Source: Candidatus Thorarchaeota archaeon
GTDB lineage: Archaea; Asgardarchaeota; Thorarchaeia; Thorarchaeales; Thorarchaeaceae
Assembly: GCA_016839445.1 (NCBI GenBank)
Contig: JAEOUG010000006.1
Coordinates: forward strand, 1 to 24,512
Reading direction: 5' to 3'
DNA length: 24,512 bases
A program made the translations under genes and the position numbers. The stretch's first letter is position 1. Each line of letters opens with the position of its first letter. The notes under the pieces were generated by a model that was given only the letters and a program-made list of their open reading frames with translations, was not told where the DNA came from and searched no databases. This document shows positions 8,820 to 16,045 of the stretch, piece by piece.

Positions 8820-9935
8820 ATGGGACTGACTCTGAAGACGAGAGCAGATGTTGAGGATCTCACCACTGGCTGCACCTTCTTTGGAACAGGCGGCGGTGGT
8901 GACAAGCAGCTTGGCCTGAACATGCTGTACCCGCACATCGATGCGGGTACGAGGATTCAAATCGTCGATGTAGGCACCATCAAAGACGACGACTGGCTTG
9001 CCTGTCCGTATTACTCGGGCACTATTGCTCCACCTACATCTGAGATTGAGGCAGTGAGGACCAGATTCCCCTGGGACTTCTTTGAGAAGGAACTCGCAGA
9101 AGGGCTAGCCGCACTAGAAGCGCACATGGGAGTGAACTTCGCGGCTGCAGTGCCGTTTGAGCTTGGAGGTGTCAACACCCCCGCCCCAATCGATGCCGCC
9201 GTGAAGCATGGGATTCCGTGCGTAGATGGTGACTACTCAGGTAGAGCTGTTCCTGAGATATGTCAGAACACTGTCTGCGTCAAGGGATACTCCATGGCAC
9301 CGATGGCACTTATTGACTGGTATGGAAACAAGAGCATTGTGGAGCACGTAGTGAACTACGAAATGGGTGAGCGAATATCGAAAGCGCTTAGCGAGGTGGC
9401 CTGGGGCCGTCTCGGAAATGTTGCGTTTCCAGTGAAGGGAAAGGACTTCCACAGGGCAATCATCCCCGGAACACTCAGCAAGAGCTACAGGGTAGGACGC
9501 ATTATCCGAGAGAGTCGGGAATCGGGAGATGATCCCGCTGCCAGGATAGTTGAGAGCGTTGGAGGCTGGGTTCTGTTCAGAGGAGAGGTCGTTGAGAGAA
9601 CCTGGGAGAACAGAGAAGGCTACATGTGGGGAGAGACCGTCATCAAGGGCAGCGGTGTCAAACCTGGAATGAAGATGAAGGTCTGGTTCAAGAACGAGAA
9701 CCATGTGACATGGCTTGACGACAAGCCTTGGATTACGAGCCCGGACATAATAGAGATTATAGATTCGAAGACAGGTGAGCCCATCACGAACACTGACATC
9801 AAGGAAGGTGACAAGGTCAGTGTTGTCGGAATGAAGGGTGAACCCGTTTTCAGAACAGAAGAAGGACTCAAGGTGTTGGGACCTCGCCATTTCGGATTTG
9901 ATCTCGACTACAAACCCATTGAGAAGCTAGTATGA
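8820..9935 (+). CDS. DUF917 family protein, copy B, 371 aa
   Basis: FGTGGGGDK, PFELGGVNT, DGDYSGRAVPE, FKNEN, SPDII, LGPRHFG. Confidence 0.9.
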   Translation: MGLTLKTRADVEDLTTGCTFFGTGGGGDKQLGLNMLYPHIDAGTRIQIVDVGTIKDDDWLACPYYSGTIAPPTSEIEAVRTRFPWDFFEKELAEGLAALEAHMGVNFAAAVPFELGGVNTPAPIDAAVKHGIPCVDGDYSGRAVPEICQNTVCVKGYSMAPMALIDWYGNKSIVEHVVNYEMGERISKALSEVAWGRLGNVAFPVKGKDFHRAIIPGTLSKSYRVGRIIRESRESGDDPAARIVESVGGWVLFRGEVVERTWENREGYMWGETVIKGSGVKPGMKMKVWFKNENHVTWLDDKPWITSPDIIEIIDSKTGEPITNTDIKEGDKVSVVGMKGEPVFRTEEGLKVLGPRHFGFDLDYKPIEKLV

Positions 9936-9940
9936 GATCA

Positions 9941-9970
9941 GAGGGCCAGCTAGTCTGCTAGCTGGCTCTC
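9941..9970. terminator. 13-bp hairpin between convergent genes
   Basis: GAGGGCCAGCTAG-TCTG-CTAGCTGGCTCTC (one G:U pair on the + strand) fills most of the 40-bp gap. Confidence 0.55.
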
Positions 9971-9975
9971 ACAAC

Positions 9976-10680
9976 CTATTTGGCTGAAAGCCTGATCTTA
10001 ACGACGTAGTGCTTCCTGAATCCGCTGGGCTCCTTGATGACCTCGATGCCCTCGTAGTCGTCATTGAAGAACTTGACCAACTTCTTGTCAGGATTAGCTC
10101 CATCCTTTCTCATTAGCCGAGCCACATGGAAGATCATTGATTGGGTCCACTTCTTCAGAACTCTTCTCTCGTTGCTCACTAGTTCGGGGTGATCCTCTAT
10201 GTAGTAATGAATGGCCCATGCAACTTTTCGGTTATACCAGGATGAAGACAGCCAGCTTATCAACATGAGAGCAATAGCAGCAATGGAAAGCGGAAATGCT
10301 ATCGGCTGTAGCCATTCAAGTGTAAGAACCCATGTGAAGACTAGGAGAGGGACTGCAATGGTTAGCAGTGCCATGGCCGCAAAGGAGATGTACTGCTTCT
10401 GGTTTAGCCACTTCTCAACGTTGGGCACCTTTGGACCAAGTGCCGCGAGTTTGTGAAGAACTGACCTAATTGTACCCCACTGCTGGATGAAGCTTCTCGG
10501 GAGCTCACCCTTGTTGATCTTCTTGTCAACAAACTCCGTGCTGTACGTACGGTTGATGCGGTACGCATCCATTACCGTAATCAGATTACGACTGAAATCC
10601 AGATCGAGACCGGAGGTGGCTATGTCGAGACCCTCGGCGGCCTGACTATCGTCCTTGCTCCTTTTTGACTGGCGACTCAT
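9976..10680 (-). CDS. Hypothetical membrane protein, two central TM helices, 234 aa
   Basis: Hydrophobic hairpin YISFAAMALLTIAVPLLVFTWVL / IAFPLSIAAIALMLISWLSS. GTTAATTA on the minus strand about 23 nt upstream. Fills the gap with no competing ORF. Confidence 0.75.
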   Translation of the reverse strand: MSRQSKRSKDDSQAAEGLDIATSGLDLDFSRNLITVMDAYRINRTYSTEFVDKKINKGELPRSFIQQWGTIRSVLHKLAALGPKVPNVEKWLNQKQYISFAAMALLTIAVPLLVFTWVLTLEWLQPIAFPLSIAAIALMLISWLSSSWYNRKVAWAIHYYIEDHPELVSNERRVLKKWTQSMIFHVARLMRKDGANPDKKLVKFFNDDYEGIEVIKEPSGFRKHYVVKIRLSAK

Positions 10681-10788
10681 AACGTTCCGACCTGACTTCG
10701 GGTAATTAACGGTTGCGATTCTTTAACAGACGAGAACCAGTTTAAGATTCCAGTATCCGGAAGGCTATTTACTACCTAGGACAGGGAA

Positions 10789-11751
10789 ATGAGCCAACCA
10801 AAGCAAGAAGTGAAGACCGATATGTCAGACTATGAGAAGTTGCCTGATGCAGAGTATACAGCCAATGACCCGTTCAATGAGAACAACGAGATACAGATTG
10901 GGTCCGAATTGATCCGTTTCTTTCTAGAACGTGAGAAGAAGGGTCGGAAGTACTACCAGCAATATGATGCGAAGCTGAGTGAAGTTGTTTCCTATGATGT
11001 CTGCGAGGTTCATTTCTGTAAGAGTGACCTTACCTGGCCACTCCATGAACAGATACCCGAGGAGTTCGAAACACTAGATACTGCAGGGCTGGTCTTCCTA
11101 TACACAGTGCTCGAGGGAGCGGCCTTCTTTCCAGTGTGGTGCCTAATCCCGTTAGAGGATGTCCCAGAGGCACGCAATGCAATTGAGGAGAATCTCAATC
11201 GCCCTCATCTACCAGGGTTGGCTCATCATGGAACTGCTGCTGCAGTCAAGTACATTCTGGACAACTGTGAGATTGTAGAAAGGATCAGTGGGGAGTGGTA
11301 TGACTGGGGCAAGAGGGGCAGGCAGTACAAGCCCAATCCCAAGTTCCGAGAGAGAGGTCCCGACTATGTGTACTGCAAAGAGGGAATGGCAATCGACTTC
11401 TACGGAGCAGGCGAGCAGCTTGAGCAAATGTCAGCTTTCTGGCCATGGAGACTAATCAGAAGAGTCTTTCCGGATCATGACGAACTGAGCGTCCGATACC
11501 AATGGAACGACGACGCCTACGTGTATAGTCAGCAGGTCCTTGAGAACGAGGACAGAGCTCGCTTCGTGGATGCAGCAGAGAAGGCTATGAAACTCTACCA
11601 CTCGTCAGAAGATGTCAGGGAGCTTCTCTTCATCAGACCATGGTCCTTCCCATCGAGATTCCATAGGACCTGGGACAAGCTCGAGCCTCTCTCCAGCAAG
11701 GCTTCACGAAACAAGTTTCCTCCTATCTATGACTTCGTCGAAGAAGACTGA
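10789..11751 (+). CDS. Hypothetical soluble protein, acidic and aromatic-rich, 320 aa
   Basis: Long ORF with ATG start and TTTAAG at 10741. No family motif recognised. Confidence 0.75.
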   Translation: MSQPKQEVKTDMSDYEKLPDAEYTANDPFNENNEIQIGSELIRFFLEREKKGRKYYQQYDAKLSEVVSYDVCEVHFCKSDLTWPLHEQIPEEFETLDTAGLVFLYTVLEGAAFFPVWCLIPLEDVPEARNAIEENLNRPHLPGLAHHGTAAAVKYILDNCEIVERISGEWYDWGKRGRQYKPNPKFRERGPDYVYCKEGMAIDFYGAGEQLEQMSAFWPWRLIRRVFPDHDELSVRYQWNDDAYVYSQQVLENEDRARFVDAAEKAMKLYHSSEDVRELLFIRPWSFPSRFHRTWDKLEPLSSKASRNKFPPIYDFVEED

Positions 11752-11757
11752 CAGGAC

Positions 11758-11797
11758 AAAAAGAGGGGTGGGAAGAGAGCTGGCTGCTCTCTTCACC
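11758..11797 (-). terminator. Hairpin plus T-tract downstream of the APC permease (convergent junction)
   Basis: GAAGAGAGC-TGGCT-GCTCTCTTC (11772-11794). On the minus strand it is followed by CCCCTCTTTTTG. Confidence 0.55.
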
Positions 11798-11807
11798 TAT
11801 ACTAGGT

Positions 11808-13373
11808 CTACTCGGGTGGTAGCTGTCCAAAGATGGCGGACATCTCGATGCCCTTTGCCTTGTTCTTTGCGCCGTAGTACATGTAGGCCAGCTGACCTAT
11901 CACGTAGATGATAACCGTGAACCAGACCTCAAATTGGACACCTGGGTCAGGTACGTAGGAAATCATAGCGTAGAAGAAGGCTGCACCGGACACCAAACCG
12001 CCTATGGAGATCAGTGGAATGCCTAGGAACTTCCAGGCTCCGCTGCGCTCCCATAACGTCGGTCGGTAGTACGGTAAGGACACTGCTGCCAAGGCCATCT
12101 GCCATCTGATGAAGACGTAGGTGTACGCTACGCCAATCAGAGAGGCAAGCGCCGTGCCGAAGAAGAACTGCAAGACCGTAGCATATGCTACTGTGCCAGC
12201 CGAGAGGATTAGCCAGAACCACAACGTGATGTGTGGTACATGGTACTTCGGATGGACTCTTGCGAACATCTCGGGGCAGAACCTGTCCATAGCCATCGAG
12301 TGCATCGGACGAGTCACCCATAGTGCGTTGCTGGGGGAGTCTAGCACGCTAGCAAATATCGGACATAATATCACGAAGAATGCCAGCGGATTGGCTCCGA
12401 GGGCAATTGCTGCATAGTTGCCGAAGCCTGGGAAGACACCACCTGCTATGTTGATACCATAGAGGTATGTTCCCATGCTGCTCTCTACTGCGAAACCAGA
12501 GAGCAGGAAGAAGCCGGCAATTCCAGCCCAGCCACCAACGTTGCTTAGTGGAATGTTCTTGCTTGGCTGCGAAACCTCACCAGCCACAGGCATAATCAGA
12601 TAGGGCCACATTCCACCAACGGTGAGAATGAGAGCACCACCGATTGCACCCGGATTGAAGGTAGTGAAGTCCACTGGCGTAGTCGGATCAAATGCACCCG
12701 GACCAGTCGCCCATGAGCCAGCACCGAATACGCCGTCCCATATTGTAGGCCAAGACGCATTGGGCGTTGCCAAGAGCACTAGGTCAGCTGTTAACAGCGC
12801 CAGTATGTTCACGAGCCCTAGGATTATCACAAACCATCCTAGCCATTTTACGCTAAGATAGCTGAAGACGAATCCTACAAGGATCATGAGGAGTGCCGCC
12901 ACGAACAACCAGGGAAGACCGGCATCACTAAGCAGGAAGATACCGCCAGTGGTCAACATTGCGTTGCCTGTGGCGCTTCCTACTATGATGAGTCCACCAG
13001 CAAAGATTTGCACAGCGAAGAAGCTACCTGTTCCTCTAAAGACAGGGTTCGTGATAACGCTTCGCCAGCCTTCCATAACACCGAATATCGGGCTCAGACC
13101 ACGTCCAGTGAAGTGGTATGAAGCACCAGATCTTGGCATAGCAAGCATCAGGCACATCAGTGAAAGTGCTTCAAAGAACACAATACCTGCACCAATGGCA
13201 TACATTGGGACAAGATGCGCGCCGGGATACCAAGTCGATACCTGCGGGCCGAAGTAGTGGAACCAGGGCCCAAGGGTAAGTGCTATGGGAAGGAGGAGAG
13301 CGAAACCAGTCCCTACCTCTTTAACGAGGCCGGAAGATTCTCGCACGAATAGGAGTTTCTCCTCTTCACTCAT
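11808..13373 (-). CDS. APC-superfamily amino acid/amine permease, archaeal type, 521 aa
   Basis: N-terminal LFVRESSGLVKE, AMPRSGA, AGEVSQPSKN, RPMHSMAMDRFCPEMFARVHPKYHVP, C-terminal IFGQLPPE, and about 12 or more TM segments. Confidence 0.92.
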   Translation of the reverse strand: MSEEEKLLFVRESSGLVKEVGTGFALLLPIALTLGPWFHYFGPQVSTWYPGAHLVPMYAIGAGIVFFEALSLMCLMLAMPRSGASYHFTGRGLSPIFGVMEGWRSVITNPVFRGTGSFFAVQIFAGGLIIVGSATGNAMLTTGGIFLLSDAGLPWLFVAALLMILVGFVFSYLSVKWLGWFVIILGLVNILALLTADLVLLATPNASWPTIWDGVFGAGSWATGPGAFDPTTPVDFTTFNPGAIGGALILTVGGMWPYLIMPVAGEVSQPSKNIPLSNVGGWAGIAGFFLLSGFAVESSMGTYLYGINIAGGVFPGFGNYAAIALGANPLAFFVILCPIFASVLDSPSNALWVTRPMHSMAMDRFCPEMFARVHPKYHVPHITLWFWLILSAGTVAYATVLQFFFGTALASLIGVAYTYVFIRWQMALAAVSLPYYRPTLWERSGAWKFLGIPLISIGGLVSGAAFFYAMISYVPDPGVQFEVWFTVIIYVIGQLAYMYYGAKNKAKGIEMSAIFGQLPPE

Positions 13374-13398
13374 TTGCGTTGTTCTCCGTTTTTCTCTC

Positions 13399-13461
13399 TC
13401 ACGAGATACGTATCAGACGTATCGGGTGATAACTGACTTGAGAGTAACGGTTGTATTTAAA
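13399..13461 (-). promoter_or_regulatory. Permease promoter: TATA box plus 31-bp inverted repeat at the predicted start site
   Basis: TTTAAATA on the minus strand (13461-13454). TCAC-nn-GATACGT-N5-ACGTATC-nn-GTGA at 13399-13429. Confidence 0.55.
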
Positions 13462-13505
13462 GTTGGCTGGCCCGATATTTAACTCTCGGAAGAATTGACA
13501 AAATT

Positions 13506-13571
13506 GCCGGAAACCCATTCGCTGGAGAGTCCGCTCTGAAGGGTCCTTGGGAGGACAAGAGCAGAGCCGGC
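13506..13571 (-). ncRNA. Candidate small structured RNA (unassigned)
   Basis: Complementary ends GCCGG/CCGGC, an internal two-stem hairpin, upstream TTTAAGTTT (13598-13590) and downstream AATTTT. Could instead be a 3' UTR structure. Confidence 0.25.
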
Positions 13572-13604
13572 GAAAACTTAGATTAAGCGAAACTTAAAGA
13601 CTGC

Positions 13605-14384
13605 CTATGCCGCGCCATCCGAGGTGAGCTGTTCGAAGAAGTCCTCGTCGAGGAACAGGATCTCAATCTTGCGAGATTTGACGCCAGCACGGCTCTCCTC
13701 CAGAATGTTCAGAATGATGTCTTTGTCCATTATGTGTACAGGCGGCACCGTGTAGTGGCTCTGCACTGCAGCCTCTCGTGCCTCCTTGGTACAGATACCG
13801 TTCGATATCAGTACTCCTTGATTCGCCTGATAGTTGGGAAGTGCTCCTCGTATCTCGAGAATGGTCTCCTTTCCTATCTCCTCGTTCAGGTCACACTTCT
13901 TGACGTGGAAGACGACTGGGGCCTCCCCACCATCGTCAAGCCATGAGCCTGTCAGAACCACCGTGTTGTTGTAGCGATCACGTTCTCTGACATCCTCAAC
14001 CCGCACTCGGATGTTGGCGAGGATGGTGTTGGCCAGATGAGCGAATGCCTTGAGGTCAAGCTGTGCAATGGCCTCGTTCATATCGCTACGGGCCTTCCGA
14101 TTGACCTCCTTGGCCTTCTCTCGAATCTCCTCATCGACCTTCTCTTCATCTTTGGCGGCTTCGCAGAGTTCATTGTAACGGTAGAGACCGGCTTTAACAC
14201 GTACGAAGTATGGTGGCCTTCCTTCGGTTTCGGCTTGGGCCTTCTCGATGGATAGAGAAGCAGACACAGATGCAGGGTCTCTGCCGAGCTCTTCGGCAAT
14301 CTCTCGATAGTGGATTGGCTCATCTCTGGCATTTTCGGCCATCCATTCTCTGAGGGTCGTTCGCGATGATCTGGAGTCAGCCAA
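13605..14384 (-). CDS. HARE-HTH (HB1/ASXL/restriction endonuclease winged HTH) fused to a Mrr-like domain with degenerate catalytic motif, 259 aa
   Basis: N-terminal EPIHYREIAEEL..PASVSASL...YFVRVKAGLYRY. C-terminal IGKETILEIRGAL...GVLISNGICTKEAREAA...VHIMDKDIILNILEESRAGV follows the Mrr_cat pattern. TTG start (alternative ATG 14342). Confidence 0.75.
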   Translation of the reverse strand: MADSRSSRTTLREWMAENARDEPIHYREIAEELGRDPASVSASLSIEKAQAETEGRPPYFVRVKAGLYRYNELCEAAKDEEKVDEEIREKAKEVNRKARSDMNEAIAQLDLKAFAHLANTILANIRVRVEDVRERDRYNNTVVLTGSWLDDGGEAPVVFHVKKCDLNEEIGKETILEIRGALPNYQANQGVLISNGICTKEAREAAVQSHYTVPPVHIMDKDIILNILEESRAGVKSRKIEILFLDEDFFEQLTSDGAA

Positions 14385-14524
14385 GGTTCATTGCCGCCAT
14401 TGTTGTTCTTGGTTCCCACGAGTCCCGAGTAGGGCTCTGGAGTCAAGGGACATCTCTAGAGTCCCCGGCCCCCTCACCGCTATTAAAGTCTTGGTGGGCG
14501 TCGGCCAAGACTAGACCGTGACCA

Positions 14525-14549
14525 TTTTAAGGTTATGGAGAATCTCCAT
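14525..14549 (+). promoter_or_regulatory. TATA box followed by 7-1-7 palindrome (candidate operator)
   Basis: TTTTAAG at 14525-14531, then ATGGAGA-A-TCTCCAT at 14535-14549. Confidence 0.45.
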
Positions 14550-14561
14550 CTGGATGAACCG

Positions 14562-14852
14562 ATGCCTGAGATCTTCGTAAAGCTGATGAACAAGGGCATG
14601 AAGTACGACGAGCACAACAGCTTCCCCTTTGAGACCCAGGAGGGGGCGACAGTAGCTGATCTCATTGATGAACTGCATGAGGGCTACAAGGATCGGTTCG
14701 ATGTCTATCTTGAGGACAAGGAGCAGCGAATGCTGCGACGTGACACCATTGTCATTGTCAACGGTATGAACATGGTTGCCAGGGATGGAGTGAAGACCAA
14801 GCTCTCCAAAGGAGACTTAGTTGTCTTCATGATTGCAGCTGTCGGAGGCTAG
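14562..14852 (+). CDS. MoaD/ThiS/SAMP ubiquitin-like sulfur carrier, 96 aa
   Basis: GATVADLIDEL, IVIVNG, LSKGDLVVF and C-terminal VGG-stop. ATG 14562 preferred because ATG 14535 is only 3 nt from the TATA box. Confidence 0.88.
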   Translation: MPEIFVKLMNKGMKYDEHNSFPFETQEGATVADLIDELHEGYKDRFDVYLEDKEQRMLRRDTIVIVNGMNMVARDGVKTKLSKGDLVVFMIAAVGG

Positions 14853-16045
14853 TCCTCGGGGAAGTAGTCAGACTCCAGTATCTCTGGATCCTCTATTCCA
14901 GCAGAGACCGCCATCAACTCAGCCACGTCAAGCACTCTTGCCTCGATGTCAGCAGCATAGGTGCCATGAGTCAGATTCATCTCACAAGCAGGGCATATCG
15001 TTGTCATTAGCTCTGCTCCTGTCTCGATGAAGTCCTGTATCCGTTCCTTGGCTACTGTGTTGCTATAGTCCTCATACAGAGTTTTCACGGCACCACCGCC
15101 ACCGCAGCAGAAGGCTTCCTCGCGGTTACGGGACATCTCAACAAACTGCACACCGGGGAGGGCATTGAGTATCTTCCGAGCAGGCTCGTAGATGCCTCGG
15201 TATCGCCCAATCTCACACGGATCATGATAGGTGATCTTCTTGTTTATTGGGACTGTGAACTTCAGCTTCTTCTTCTCGACTATCTCAGCCAGAACCTCGC
15301 TTGTGTGTCGAACGCGAATGGGGAACTCCTCGAGCCCAAGTAGCTCCGGATACTCCTCGTCAAAGGCTCTGAAACAGCTTGGGCACGGAGTGATGATCTC
15401 CTTGACTCCCCGGGCTTTGAGCTTCTCCAAATAACCCTCAGCCCACTGTTTGGCCTTCTGGTCCTTGCCTGTCACCCAGTAGGGGGTTCCACAGCAGGTC
15501 TGCTCATCGCCTAAGAAGTCAAGCTCGTATCCCGCAGCCTGAAGCACCCGAACGAGGATGTTCGTCTTCTCCTTGAACCTGTGACTGGCAAGACATCCTG
15601 GGAAGAAGAGCAACCCCGAGCCCTCCCTGAATTCAAGACCTTTTGCCCAGCCAGTGTGGACTTCTGGGGAGTCTGCGAATATGTTGCCTGATTCCAGGGC
15701 GGTGTTAGCCATGACTTCCCCGCCTTCGGGGATTTTCACTCCTTGGTCAACGAAGTCGCCGCGCATCGCCTTGGTTATGGCAATGGCATCTATGTTTGCA
15801 GCCTTCTTGCATTCCTCTCTGCATCGACCACACAAGAAGCATCCAAAGATCCTCTCAGCTAGTTCTTCAGTGTACTCCAAGTTCCCTTCGAGGAGTCCTC
15901 GTGCGATAGCCATTCGTCCCCGGAGTGTAGCAGATTCCCAGACTTGTGTGAAGATCTGCGGGCAGCGCTCATCGAAGTCAATGCCTCTGCAGAAGTTGCA
16001 CCTCCCGCAGGCATAGATCATGTCCCTGTATTCCTCAATCCTCAT
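14849..16045 (-). CDS. Fe-S oxidoreductase subunit, GlpC/GlcF/HdrD-like (2x 4Fe-4S + 2 CCG domains), 398 aa
   Basis: CGRCNFC..CP, CFLCGRCREEC, FPGC, TCCG, CPSC, YHDPC, FCCGGGG, CPAC. Shares an ATGA overlap with the upstream flavoprotein gene. Confidence 0.92.
   Translation of the reverse strand: MRIEEYRDMIYACGRCNFCRGIDFDERCPQIFTQVWESATLRGRMAIARGLLEGNLEYTEELAERIFGCFLCGRCREECKKAANIDAIAITKAMRGDFVDQGVKIPEGGEVMANTALESGNIFADSPEVHTGWAKGLEFREGSGLLFFPGCLASHRFKEKTNILVRVLQAAGYELDFLGDEQTCCGTPYWVTGKDQKAKQWAEGYLEKLKARGVKEIITPCPSCFRAFDEEYPELLGLEEFPIRVRHTSEVLAEIVEKKKLKFTVPINKKITYHDPCEIGRYRGIYEPARKILNALPGVQFVEMSRNREEAFCCGGGGAVKTLYEDYSNTVAKERIQDFIETGAELMTTICPACEMNLTHGTYAADIEARVLDVAELMAVSAGIEDPEILESDYFPED

Noticed and set aside
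13522-13570. Glycine-riboswitch-like words CTGGAGAG...CTGAAGG
   Set aside because: Wrong strand for the permease and the downstream CTCTCAGG element is missing.
14377-14400. Short upstream ORF (MAAMNLG) overlapping the TTG start of the Mrr-like gene
   Set aside because: Seven codons is expected by chance and there is no further support.
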